Assembly: GCA_030264375.1 (NCBI GenBank)
Contig: JASCQW010000137.1
Coordinates: forward strand, 26,031,114 to 26,095,113
DNA from: Carcharhinus longimanus
Lineage: Eukaryota
Direction of reading: 5' to 3'
Length of the DNA stretch: 64,000 bases
Shown here in pieces: positions 1-12,131 of this stretch. How positions within the stretch are numbered: position 1 is the first letter of the stretch; each line of letters begins with the position of its first letter. The position numbers and the translations under genes were made by a program. The notes under the pieces were generated by a model. That model had not been told where the DNA came from, did no database searches, and was given only the letters and a program-made list of their open reading frames with translations.

Positions 1-2485
1 CAAGAACAGATTTGCATGTTGCACATCAGGCATTCCTGACCCTCAAAGGCCAGAAGAAAATTGCTTTGAGTCAGTAATGGGGGGGGTTACTGGATTTTCA
101 CCTAAGCCTGGATATTCATCCACACAGTGTACCTCTGCACCCAGACAAAAATTTTATCCCAAAAGTCTACATCAACAAAGAGTGGCCCATTTTGCAGGGC
201 AGCGATGAACCAGGTGCACAAAGGATCCCATACAAGTAGAGACAGGTTAGATGAACAGAGCAATTCTTTGGAAGCTCATAAGTCATATTGTTGTTTTCAG
301 TTTCAGCTTCTCAACACTGAATATGGTTCATCCCTGGCTATCCCAAGAGCACAGTGCTCTGTGAGACTGACCAATTGAACATTTAAAGGAAATAAAATGC
401 TACCATTGGCTTTCTGCCATGGTCAAGAGGAAAGGCTTTATAGTGAATTAAGCCCAGTGTTTCTTATATACCTATGAGCATTTTTGTTCATTTCTTCCCT
501 CTTTACACAATGCATGGGAAGGAACCATTTCATGAAATAGTCAAGTAGCAGCTAGATCACATTTTTAAAGATTTTGCAAGTCTATTACACAGTAGATGGC
601 TACTACACAGTGATAGCTTGCCATCATCTCCAATGTCCCTTCCATTTCCTCAGGGAAGTCTCTCATCCCAACACCTTGCCTCGATTTGCCATCTCGTCCA
701 CAAGCCACAATGGTATAAGAATTAGTATTTCATTTTGCAAAGCAACATCATGGTCAGATTTACAGTACCAATAATGTCGTGTGGTTCTGCTATTACATCA
801 TGAATTACTGTTCTCACTTTTAGTTTGAAAACAAGTAAACCTAAGTTTAGGTTTAAAACAGAGGTAAATTGTACCCACTGCTGATTGATCAATGTGGCCT
901 ACCAGCATCAGATCAGCTGATTAATGATGAATAAAATGAATGGGTATCCTGGCACTATGGAAGAATTGACAACATTGATTTGCAATTGAATTGTTCTAAG
1001 TTAAAAGCCGAACGCTCTGCAGTAATAATGGATAGATAGTGACAGGGGAAGAGAGGGGGATGGTACACACATCAATCTTACATGGGCGGACAGCACTTAC
1101 ATTGCAGAACTCGAAAGCAGTGCTCAGAATTTTGATCATATCACAGTCTAGTAACCATTTGTATTTAGTGATAACAGATTAGTGGGCCAGTTGCGCTGTG
1201 TACAACGTCTTGACTTCACCCCTATTGATGTGTCAGAATGATGGAGAACAGAGAGGGATCTTGTAATGGCCTCATCAGTTCACTCACCGTTTACAACAAT
1301 TTCATTCTCACCTCAATCTGTTCCTAGTTCAACAATCAGCATTGTCTACTCCCCAGAAACAGAAAATTAAAAGCCCAGATTAAGTCTAATAAAAATGTGT
1401 TTTCCACATAGTTACAGCAGCCCCTCATTAACCCTTTTGTTATCAAATTTCCGGAGGCTGGTTCGAGCCTAAACAGCATCTGTGACTCCACTGAACTGTA
1501 CTGTGAATGATATTTGTAATCTGGCTGGAGACACTTCACTTGCCACTGATGCACCATGCAGATGTTGTTCCAAATTCCCAATAGGTGTTAAAAACATGCA
1601 TATTTAAACTTTTAATTTCAAAGTTTACAGGGGTTCAAAATTAAATGGTTTAATAATGTCAGAAGAATAGTTTGGCAATTCTAACTTGTGCCATGAATAT
1701 TTGCGCAGCTATCTTGAAGACAATTGACGCAGGATTTTATTCAACATAAAAATAATCAGTGCACGAACACAGTTTGACAATGAGGAACATCGTCCAGCAT
1801 GCAGGAGTACACTCTGCTGTAACGGGGCAAGCATCTTTTCTTAACTAGAACGGCACTTTTTTCCCAAGTGACTTAAGAGCAAATGGGGAGGAGGACTCTT
1901 AAAACAGTTTTCCAGGTGCAATCTCACTATCATCAGGTGCTTATCGTTTGTTACTTCTGAGAGTGATTGCTTGAGTGAGGAAGGGTGCGAGAGAGCAAGA
2001 TAAATGAAAGTTGCACACAGAGGCACAAGTAGGTGAAGGATTAGATTCCCTGTGCTTTACTTTGTTTATGTTGGTAATTCCAAAATAAAATTTACAGAGA
2101 GATTCATCTATGAAGTGTGAACAGCAGTTATTTATTCTCCAAGAGAAAAATGAAGAGCATTTGCTTCATTGTGTTGGACAGATGACATAAAATTTTATTT
2201 CCAAATTCTTCAACAGAAGATGTGCTCTTCCAACTTACTTTCACACCCCAAAAGCCACTGCCATGCAAGCATAACCTCCGACTCATCACGCTTGCTATCA
2301 CAGGGAAAACCACAAGCAGATATAAGAATGCTGTGCATGACATGATACAACAAGCATCACACGCTTAGGGTCCAATTCTTACATGCAGATAAATCAGTTT
2401 GGCCAAATTTTGTCTTATCAGAACAGAAATGAATCACATTTTTAAAGGGAGGGGAAAGAATGAAATCCAAAAAAAGAAATGAGCA

Positions 2486-2651
2486 ACAGAAACAGAAAAT
2501 GCTGCAAAATCTTAGCAGGTCTGATAGCATCTGTGGACAGAGAACAGAGCCGTTTCAAGTCAGGATGACCCTTTGACAGAGCCCCTGCTCTATTCTCCAG
2601 CATTTTCTGCTTTTGTTTCAGATTCTAATATCCGCAGGATTTTGCTTTTGT
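2486..2651. mobile_element. Short Penelope-like (PLE)-derived insertion with inverted arms and degenerate hammerhead core
   Basis: Flanked by an exact 14-bp direct repeat AAAAGAAATGAGCA (2472-2485 and 2652-2665), read as a target-site duplication. Inverted arms AACAGAAAATGCTG...CAGCATTTTCTG. Minus strand 2579-2551 reads CTGTCAA-A-GGGTCA-TCC-TGACTT-GAAACG, a hammerhead-like layout. Confidence 0.65.
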
Positions 2652-2901
2652 AAAAGAAATGAGCAGTTAACAACTTGAGAAAAGGGTAACCGAATCAAAT
2701 TGTTCAGAAAAGATTATATTCTCTGCATTTGTAATGTCTGTAGCTCTGTTTATCATCAAGTAATCGTGCCCAGACCCATGCAGTTTCATGCCTCCGTTTT
2801 AAAATGTTTTATATTCAGCAAGAAAGCTCATTCCTGAGGCATTGCTTGGAGTGGACCTTTGTACATCCTACCACATCCAATATCAAACTGCTTGGAATGC
2901 A

Positions 2902-3908
2902 GGGCAGAATTTTTCATTCCGGAGACTAAGTATGGTGGCAGGTGGGATTAGCATCACCAGGTGCCCCTTCACCTCGGAGTAAAGGCTGGGACCCTCGGGC
3001 ACCAATGGGGAGGTCTACCATCATCTGGAAACTCTGCAATTCCTTCTGTGACCCCACCACCTCCAGCTGCACAGGCTGAGGAGGGTGCACATGTCTCAAA
3101 GCAGGAGACCCAAATGAGGCCAGGGTCATCCAGACCTCAGCCCTCCAGAGGACACCCACCAAAGTAATGAAAAACAGCCGCACAGCAGTGAACACCTCTG
3201 CCACAGATGCTGGGGATCCACCAAGATCTAATGATAGGGTTAGAAAGATTAAGAAACTTTTGGGTCAATGGTGTTCACTCACTATATATATCATGGACTT
3301 TCATAGATACATCTGCTGTCGTAACAATAGTCTCGTCATTGGAAAACGTTGTGTAAATGTGTTTCATACTGATGCAAAATTGTGACATAATTGTCCCCAC
3401 CCGCTCACCAATGACACAATGGGAATCCCAATGTTCACCACTGGGAACATCATTATAATATATTTACGCATTGTCAGACTTCTACACCTGAATCCACTGA
3501 CCCCTCGCCCACTAAAAAAAAATCAACTCATATTGATGTGAAGGCAGACAAGCAAGAATTACAACTGGCCTCCCACGGTGTACACCATGCAGGCAGATGC
3601 CCCAGGGAAGCTCAAGTAAGCGTATCACTCAGAGGAGGGATACAATTCATACCCAGGCAACCCTACATGGCATGGGGTGGGGGTGAACTTTTGTGCACTG
3701 GCTCAGCCTCTAAAAATGGTGCCCCAATTATTAAAATAAACTGGCAGGATGGGCTCAATCCAAGCCCGCCCTGCCTGCGTGATGTCATGGGACCCACCCT
3801 TGAAGTTTTTTTCTTTGTTCTCAGCAATGCAGCATAGAAAGCCATCGGTGCCAATGCTGCTTTTCCCACCTGCTGTCACACTCTGCCGAATAAGGGAAAA
3901 TTCCACCC
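2902..3908 (+). mobile_element. Non-autonomous PIF/Harbinger-like DNA transposon carrying the 3' end of a Myb-like gene
   Basis: Imperfect TIRs GGGCAGAATTTTTC / GGGAAAATTCCACCC. 2960-3260 encodes PGSSRPQPSRGHPP...TSATDAGDPPRSNDRVRKIKK, similar to the tails at ~20800-20950, ~59780-59930 and ~17180-17400 (minus). Confidence 0.6.
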
Positions 3909-4619
3909 TGGCTTTTCACATTGAGAACTCACACCCTCATTAAATATTTGGTAAAGAGCTGAACCTCCTGCCCACCCCTCTCTATCCCCATTGCATGCAG
4001 AAGTGTGTAAATCTGCTGTTGATTTACCTGCAGTGGATAAAAAGAAAGATATTTTCCGGGTGTTGAGTAAAAAGCACTTTCACTTGTGTTGCTAGAGAAT
4101 TTCACCACTCTTCTCATCTAGCACCCCTCCTTTTTGTAAATAGCTTGATCTCTGGTGCACTATGAACAACGCAATAGGAGAGTATGTGTAAAACTGCACG
4201 TTGTATCGATCAGACAAGTGATATTGGAAGATTGTAATCAATATATTGTGTAATGACTAGAATAAAAATATCAAAAAGGCATTTATTGAATTATTGAAAA
4301 ATTGACACTGAAGTTCCTATAGATTCAGACAAACAGATTATATATATATGCAAATAATGTTGTATATAGTACCTTTACTGCTGATAAGAAAAACTAAGGC
4401 ATTTCACAGAAGCATAAGTAAGGAATATTGAGGCAAACAAGATAATGGACAAACACTGTATTAAAAAAAAGGCAAAAAATAAGAAAGGCAACTGATTTAG
4501 GAACAAATTAGGAAAACATTTTCTCTCAGTAGAAAAAAAAAACTTTTTGTACCACCTAGGAAAACGATTACTTAACTCCTTCAGCTTTTTCTGCCAAGAG
4601 TTCCCAAGATGCTTCATAA

Positions 4620-4930
4620 AGGGAAGCATTTAGGGAGGAATCTCGAGAGATGCTGCCTGGATAGTTGAAGGTACAGAGCGAATAATGGGTGAAGTGAGTA
4701 GGACGAACAAGAGGCCAGAATCAATGAAACAGAATTATGTTTCAAGGGTCGTAATGGATTGGACAGACTGCAGAAGGTCACAGACAGAGGGAGGAAAAAG
4801 ACTATAATGAATTTAAACACGAGTATGAGAATTTTTCATTGGGGTACAGAAATCCCTGGATATAAGTGAGAAAATTAGTGAATGGGATGTAGTGAGCGAT
4901 ACAAAACTGGCAGCAGAATTTGGGAAGAAT
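4620..4930 (-). mobile_element. Old L2 LINE fragment (3' part of ORF2)
   Basis: Resembles the antisense of the typical fish L2 3' region (GGGAGGAAT..C.AGAG...GCCT.GATAG.TGAAGG...; GAATTTAAACACGAG.ATGAGAATTTT). Heavily decayed. Confidence 0.5.
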
Positions 4931-4974
4931 ATACAAGTGTGAAATCAGTGTGGTAGTGTGAGCTCAGGAGTATT

Positions 4975-5057
4975 TAGAACTATAGAATCCCTGCAGTGCA
5001 ATTCAGAGAGTCAGTGCATTGAGTCTGCACTGACTCTCCGAAAGAGCATCTTATCCT
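4975..5057 (-). mobile_element. CR1/HE1-type 3' tail fragment
   Basis: TAGAATCCCTGCAGTGCA...GAGTCTGCACTGACTCTCCGAAAGAGC is the reverse complement of the CR1/HE1 tail seen at 52775-52890. Confidence 0.6.
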
Positions 5058-6640
5058 CAAGGCTAAAAGCACTATTGACATTATCTTTGCAGGAAATATG
5101 CACTTTAAACCACAAAACAAAATACTCCCGTTTCTTTTAGTATACCCGAAAACAATTCATAGATCGACTTTACACTGCTTGTTAAGTAGACATTAGTTCT
5201 CCTGGAACCAGTCTAAGGTGATTCCGAGCTCTCAAGGATTTACTTCTGTTCTTTACCTTGTTCAATCCTGGAAATTTTTAATCTCAGAACTATCTTCCAC
5301 ACTAAAGTTTTTCCCCTAGAAATTTCTACTCTAATCTAAGCTAGGAAAGTCTTCTAGCCATATTTCAGCACTGCATGAAGTTGGTCTTTTCAATCAAAGT
5401 ATGAGCAATGCGAATCATATGGGCCTTGTATCCAGGTAGATATGATGATTAGCTATCCTTGTAATCCCCAAGTAGACAGCTTAAAGCACAACTTTTTTTT
5501 CCAACCTGGCATTCTCAACATTTTTGGGGGATTTTGAAGATTCACAGTCAATTGACTTTTAGCACACTGGCTACCGCTCTGGTCTCCTAGTGTAAACACC
5601 TTGCACCCCCTTTCTCAGTAAAACAATCTGAGCCCACTTTAATTGCAAATAATCAAAGCACCCAGGCTTTCTCTCAGAAATACTTCAGAACAGGTTACAT
5701 GACCCCTTCATTCTATCTTAAACAAAATGCACAATCCTAAATGACAATAATCTTTAAAAAACCTCAGAGCATGAGTTTAACAAAACTAAAATTTAATTAA
5801 ATTCCATAATCACGTGAGAAAAAAGTTTAACTTATTTGACCATACACCTGATGTAAATTGATGGAAATACAACCAAAACTTAATGTTTACCCATAACTTT
5901 CCGAAGGATTTGCAAACCAACAGATGACCTTCCCCACAGTTCCACTGTCTGCTTTTAAAAATCACTGTTCGCAGATTGTAGTAAAATCAATATTGGAAAA
6001 GAAGCGTCTCTCAACTTCTTTTAACATGAACTGAACTCAGGTAGGCTTTATGTGCATGTCAAAGTGGTTCTTCTTTAACATTATTCAGCATCTTTCAATT
6101 AATCTGTATTATTTAGGAGAAAAGTTTTTGATTGGATTAAGGGATTTAAAATAATGTAGCCTTGTAGTATATATTTCCAATGAAATTGAACAACCACCGT
6201 CATATTTGCTACACCAGAAGTCTCAGTGGAACTGAGGTATTAAATATAGACCTGCCTGGTGCAAATAGATACAGCTTTTAGCATGACAGGGACAGGTTAT
6301 TCTTCTGCACAAGGTGCATCCCACATTTTGTTAATATTGTACAGAATCATTTTCAATATTTGTAACACTCAAGGTTGAGAGGCACCAGTTAATCCGATTA
6401 CTTCATTTGGTGGTTGGATAATCCCCTCTCTCATGGGCTCACACCAGTCTACGAGGACATAAGCAGCCCCACTAGCTCAGATTTTCATTGTTAGTGTACA
6501 AGGAAAGGCATGTAGCTGAAAGCAGCTGTAAGCTGCATGGTTGGCTGCCTGACACAAGCCTTAATATGTTGCAATAGATCCAGCAAAAGGGCCCTCAGTT
6601 CTTTACAGCCTTTAACACAGTGATAAAGGGACTTGCCAAC

Positions 6641-7366
6641 TGTAACAGACCATTTGACAGGACTTGGGCAGGGAATTGGGATTCAGACACGGGCAGCTTG
6701 CATATAGGGTGCCAGGAACTTACAAGATGGGGAAAGAATTGGCTTCAGTACTTTGGAATCTGAAACAAAGATGAGTGTTATTTAAAGTGTGTGCTGTTGT
6801 GTGGACAGGAGGGGAATGGAGAAACATAAGATCTTAAAATAATACAAGGTGCTTTGTGTTTTTGTGTGTCTGTGAACATCAACAGGATGTTTAGAACATT
6901 CATGTTTTCATCTGTGCATATAGGAATTTAACTGTTGATCAAAATGGTGGAGATTCAATATTGCAGTATGTTACAGAACAGAAGGTAATGTTCAATTTTA
7001 TAGAAGGTTTTTATGAGAAATGACTCGTAATTATAACTGCTGGAGAGAATCATCATCTTCCGGCTTTCACCTACATGTACAATCTAAGCTGTTAAGTTAT
7101 TTCTGATAACCCCCACGATGTCTATGGTGAATCACTGATCGATTTCTCTCTAGGGCTTGTTGAGTATGAGTTATCCTGGTAACAGGCAGTGGCTTGCCCA
7201 GCTGCGACTCAATACTACCTGACCCTTTTATAAGGCAGACCCAGGACTGGGCCTGCTGAACTATGGTCCCATGCAGGGACTAGTGTGTGTACACCACATA
7301 GTGGTTTTACTTTGCATTCTGTAATAAAATATGTACCTTTCCAGTTGAGCTTCACGAGTCATTACA
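6641..7366 (+). mobile_element. Candidate solo LTR
   Basis: Starts TGTAAC and ends ATTACA (TGTAA...TTACA inverted termini). TATA-like TTTATAAG at ~7227 and AATAAA at 7323. Flanks CCAAC/CCATT match only partly as a TSD. Confidence 0.5.
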
Positions 7367-7483
7367 CCATTCAACTTCTATTTATCTGAGCTGGAAGTTT
7401 AGTTCTCCCTATTCCTCCATTTCCATTTCTTTTCTCTTTCATTAGTTGCACCCCCCCTTCTCTCTTCTTAAGTTGCTAATTAA

Positions 7484-7590
7484 GATGTGGAGATGCCGGC
7501 GTTGGACTAGGGTGGGAACAGGAAGAAGTCTCACATCACCAGGTTAAAGTCCAATAGGTTGATTTGGAATCACAAGCTTTTGGAGAACTG
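7484..7590 (-). mobile_element. Penelope-like pseudo-LTR fragment running into an assembly gap
   Basis: GATGTGGAGATGCCGGCGTTGGACT...ACCAGGTTAAAGTCCAATAGG...AAGCTTTTGGAGAACTG. The 3' half is nearly identical to 9121-9173; also similar to 36653 and 58935. Confidence 0.65.
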
Positions 7591-8709
7591 NNNNNNNNNN
7601 NNNNNNNNNNNNNNNNNNNNNNNNNNNNNNNNNNNNNNNNNNNNNNNNNNNNNNNNNNNNNNNNNNNNNNNNNNNNNNNNNNNNNNNNNNATTGTATATG
7701 TGCCTTTAATTGGTGCTTAGCAAACCCATAATAAGTTAATGAAAACATTAACACGTAGTCTCAGTGTTGGCAATCATTACTTCCCAGAGGAATTTTAGGA
7801 ATGTGAACTAAAATGCATTAATGTTCCATAAAAGCCAACATACCAAGTTTCCACTGCACAAAGGATTTTTATAGAATATACTATAGAAGGCATGGACCAA
7901 TCAACACCTTAAGTCTGATTCACCATTAAATAAATGAGAAGCTCCAAAAAGTGAATGTGAAGTATGTAGGAATGGCTTACAATGCAACAACTCTAGATTG
8001 AAATGGTGTACCCAGTAAAGACACACCATATTATAAATTTGCAGCTAATACTTTTAAAAATTGGACACAAGCAGACTGTTAAGATGGATCCTGCAAGTCA
8101 CATGACATTTGACATTTGGATTACAGACAGTATCAAGCCTCTGGTGAATACCTAATTAACTATGGACATGAGGATACGCAACAGCCATCTGTGGAATTCA
8201 CACATTTCATTGTTTAAGAATGGGCCAATATCTAAAGACTGAGGAGATTCTCGACTGTGTTTCTCCGTGTTTCATACTGAACAAAAGAGCTCGAAATTGA
8301 ATGGCCACTATCAATTTCCCACTGTACTAAATGGTTTCCCCGATCCAAAACCAGACTCAGTGGGCCTCAGAATTGTTAATCCAGTGGCCACTAGATCAAA
8401 AATTATCTTGGGGACAACACCTTTATTATTCACAGGACCCAGCAGATCATCAGAACCACCAATCATCAGCCTGTCTGAGAATCAGACTCCAGAACTAACT
8501 GCAGGTCACCAAGCAGCCAAAGTACTTAATTTGTTTCAGTTCCAAAGTTCTCCCAATAGCCTACCTATTGGATACCCAACTACAAGAAATCTCACAACCT
8601 GCTATGAACTCTTTACAAGACCTTCACTTCAACTTTAAATGATCAAATTTGTTCAAGAAACCATACGCCAGTCATGTGGGAGACCAGAAATTGTAAAGCA
8701 GTGACTGCT

Positions 8710-8945
8710 TGAAGCATTAAATAAATACTTTTCTGAGGAACTGGATGCTGCTCAGATCATGACGAAAGACACAAAGTGTTTAAAATTGATACGGAGGAAA
8801 TAAAAGTTGAAGAGGCACCAAAATGGAGAAGATGCATGGAAAAATGCTGAGGGAAGTAAGAGTGGAAATTACAGAGGTACTGGCCATAATTTTTCCTTAG
8901 AACCAGGGGTGGTGTCAAAGTACTGAAGAATTCCAAGTATTACAG
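8710..8945 (+). mobile_element. Decayed CR1 LINE ORF2 fragment
   Basis: Degenerate ALNKYFS...EVRVEITEVLAIIF...GVV, typical of the CR1 pre-RT region. Confidence 0.55.
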
Positions 8946-8962
8946 TGGGAACTTTCATAACA

Positions 8963-9108
8963 CCATAAAACATAGAACATTACAGCGCAGTACAGGCCTT
9001 TCGGCCCTCGATGTTGTGCCAACCTGTGAAACCAATATCATCCATTATATATTCCAGTTTCATCCATATGTTTATCCAATGACCATTTAAATGCCCTTAA
9101 TGTTGGCA
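8963..9108 (-). mobile_element. CR1 (HER1-like) 3' end
   Basis: CATAGAACATTACAGCGCAGTACAGGCC.TTCGGCCCTCGATG, the same tail as at 23471 and 42428. Confidence 0.75.
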
Positions 9109-9502
9109 ACATCTTACAATACCAGGTTAAAGTCCAATAGGTTTATTTGGAATCACAAGCTTTTGGAGAACTGCTCCTTCATCAGGTGAGAGGAGAGTTA
9201 GGTTCATAAATACGGCATATATAGACAAAGACACAATTGCAACATAATTACAGATTGGAATGTGAAGATTGGTTGGAATGCAAACTTTTACAGGCAATCA
9301 AGTTTTCACAGGTACAAACAGTGCAAGTGGAGAGGGGGATAATAACAGTTTAAAGAAATGTGAATTGTTTCAATCCACGACAGTCCATAGGATATTGAAA
9401 ATCCAGTATGGTAGGGGTTACATGTAGAGTGACATGAGTCCAAGAATCCAATTGAGGCCTCGTTGTGCGTGCGGAACTTGGCTATCAGTTTTCGTTCAGC
9501 TG
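9109..9502 (-). mobile_element. Penelope-like retroelement 3' end (GIY-YIG C-terminus plus pseudo-LTR with hammerhead core)
   Basis: Minus strand from 9500 reads AERKLIAKFRTH, matching the PLE endonuclease C-terminal motif of type EQKLIAKFRTH..GLN.D.GFMSHY. Downstream CTGATGA-A-GGAG-CAGTT-CTCC-AAAAGCTT at 9185-9157. Confidence 0.7.
9157..9185 (-). ncRNA. Minimal hammerhead ribozyme core (mutated, probably inactive)
   Basis: CUGAUGA box intact and stem II GGAG/CUCC present. GAAA box reads AAAA (consistent with CpG decay), followed by palindromic AAGCTT. Confidence 0.55.
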
Positions 9503-11015
9503 ATTAAAACATACCTTTGTGACTGAGCTTTTGGCACCTGTCCATATATCTCCCTACACGTCAAATTAGATCTGGTAGCACTCCTGCAAGTCGTCCCAGG
9601 ACATTTTACAACAGTAAAGGCACCAGGTAAATGACAGCAAATCTGTTGTATCCACAACCTTGAACATTAAGAAGCAGTATGAAATGTGGGAGAATGAACT
9701 TCCCTTAAACCAGCTATCAGAATCCTAAACAGATGTGGTTTTTATTCATTGCTTATGTAGGGAGCAAACCTACAATGGCAGCAGACCATGCTCTCTCTCA
9801 GTAAAGAAAAACTTCAGCCCCCAACTTCATATTCCATGTTTACCAATTTTTCTTTTTGTTTATGAACAGTCAGCAGCCAGTTACTCAATTCGAGCTGAGT
9901 GCATCAGTGATTCCGGCTGGTCTTTGTTGTGTGAAGGACAAGATCACATCATGACCAATGTCATACATGAGAACAAGCTGGCCGACTGTGGCGTAGCATT
10001 CACTAAACCAAACAGCTCTTGCTGCTCCAAGAATTCTAACCAGAGCAGCAACCCCTCAGGCACAAACTGCTTACTAATCCCAAAATGTAACTATCTCTGT
10101 GTTCAATCGACATCAAACCGGGATTTTAATGTAAGCACTGCAGGTTATTAGGTAGTTAATGAATTTGGAAATGGGTGCCTGTTGAGGGCAATGCAACAGG
10201 GCTCAAAAATACCTTCCCTAAAACACCGGAGCTGGTTACTTTCCGAGCTTTGGTGATGCAGGAAGATAAGTCAGCTCACTGGTTTACAAGTGATGTGAAC
10301 GTGTTTTATCTGTTGATGTATTATACTGAATTAGCAGGTGTATATTACAAACCAGCGATGATTCAACCAGTTTATAAGACACCTGAATCCCAGCACCTCT
10401 CAACCTTGAGAGAGCCATCCTGAACAGTTACTTTAAACAATACTTCAATCATTTGTTCGGAAAGTTGCGTATAGGTTTGATAGTTGCAGTCATTTCTGCC
10501 CTTGTAGTTTTCTATTAGTTCTGCAATGTGATTGCAGCAATGGTTGAGTACGTACATCTTTTTCTGTTGTGTGTTGTTTGTCACACATTTTAACTGTTCT
10601 GCAGCCGTAGCAGGATTAAGGAAAATTTTAAGTGGTATAATGTGCAATATTATTTTGTTTGAAGTTTTATAATTGGGGCAGAAGTGTGGCCATTTCCCAG
10701 CATAATATTGTATTAAAATGATAATGGGGTCAATGGCAAGAGAGGGGACAGGGGCAGCACCATCTAAGTGAGTGAGACAGACACTGCTGCATGCCCTCGC
10801 CCCCACAGATATGAATGTGCTGGCCAGCTTTGGAGCCACCACAATAAAGGCCATGGCACTAACTGGGCTGATACCGCAGTACGTTCCAACCTATTCGACC
10901 CTTTCAAATCCCACTTCCCCTGCATCACACAATCGTTTATGATTTACTACTGCTGGTGGTGTAAATGTGCAACACTAACCCTCAACCCACCCAGCACCCC
11001 CTCCTCCCCCAACCT

Positions 11016-11268
11016 TTTTTAAAAATTCATTTTACGGCATGTCGGCTTCGCTGGCTGGGTCAGCATTTATTGGCCGTCCCCAACAGCCCTCCATTTCGGA
11101 GGGCATTTGAGAATCAACAACATTGCTGCAAGTCTGGAGTCACGTTTTGGACCAAACCAGGTAAGGATGGCAGTTTTCCTTTGCTAAAGGACATTAGAGA
11201 AATAGATGGGTTTGTACAATAAGTGACAATGGGTTCATGGTCATCTTTAGACTTTTAATTCCAGATTT
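11016..11268 (-). mobile_element. tRNA-derived SINE (same family as 48937-49263), 5'-truncated
   Basis: Reverse complement matches 49080-49260 (GATGACCATGAA...CTGCCATCCTTACCTGGT...GTGACTCCA). Confidence 0.7.
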
Positions 11269-11269
11269 G

Positions 11270-11584
11270 CAACCAGCATACTTAAGGGCCCCACACTCCC
11301 TGGACATACTCTCTTTCACCTTCTTCCGTCGGGAATAAGGTACTAAAGTTTGAGGTCACGTATTAACTGACTCAAAAACAGCTTCTTCTCTGCTGCCATC
11401 AGACTTTTGAATGGACCTACCTTGCATTAAGTTGATCTTTGTCTGCACTCTAACTGTAACACTACATTCTCCACTCACTCTCTTTTCCTTCTCTATGTAT
11501 GGTATGCTTTGTCTGCAGAGCATGCAAGAAACAATGCTTTCCACTGTACACTAATACATGTGACAGTAATAAGTCAAATCAAAT
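11270..11584 (+). mobile_element. Rex1/Babar-type LINE 3' end
   Basis: Encodes SILKGPTLPGHTLFHLLPSG...LKNSFFSAAIRLLNG, the Rex1/Babar ORF C-terminus. 3'UTR ends TTTCCACTGTAC...TGTGACAGTAATAAGTCAAATCAAAT. Confidence 0.75.
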
Positions 11585-11821
11585 GGAGAAATCTTGCAAA
11601 CTGACAACGCAGCAACAGCTAATGGCTAATGTCTCAACTTCCACTGCAGCACAAATAGAGGCCACTCGATCTCTGAATGAAAGTTCTGACTGTGGTCATG
11701 AAATTTCAGCTCGTCACCATGTGGCCTAGACTGCTGACAGCAGGTTTGCAAACACCAATGCTGAAAAGTGCTGTTTTAGGTCTCACTACAGCCCAACAAT
11801 CAGCTCCAGCAGTTTAGTTAA

Positions 11822-12131
11822 TCATAGAAATCTTACAGTGCAGAAGGAGGCCATTCGGCCCATTGAGTCTGCACCGACCACAATCCCACCCAGGCCCTAC
11901 ATATTTTACCTATGCATCTCACGACTCTAAGGGGCAAGTTTTAGCACGGCCAATCAACCTAACCCAAACATCTTCGGCCAGTGGGAGGAAACCAGAGCAC
12001 CTGGAGGAAACTCACGCAGACACGAGGAGAACGTGCAAACTTTACACAGACAGTGATCCAAGCCGGAAATCGAACCCAGGTCCCTGGAGCTGTGAAGCAG
12101 GAGTGCTAACCACTGTGCTACCGTGCCACCC
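11822..12131 (-). mobile_element. HE1-like V-SINE with CR1-type tail
   Basis: Reverse complement: GGTGGCACGGTAGCACAGTGGTTAGCAC (A box)...GGTTCGATTTCC (B box), V-domain GAGTTTCCTCCAGGTGCTCTGGTTTCCTCCCAC, tail GGCCTCCTTCTGCACTGTAAG. Confidence 0.9.

Noticed and set aside
5080-5820. Possible antisense LTR remnant (similar impression at 7780-8700)
   Set aside because: Only a compositional impression; no termini, TSD or PBS could be fixed.
10019-10051. 9-bp perfect hairpin TTGCTGCTC/GAGCAGCAA (and a 7-bp one at ~12958-12978)
   Set aside because: Too short for a pre-miRNA, no known mature miRNA recognised, and plausible by chance in 64 kb.
9735-10854. ORFs of 138 aa (+) and 160 aa (-)
   Set aside because: No recognisable domain, Cys/Ile-rich composition typical of random AT-rich frames, no convincing splice boundaries.
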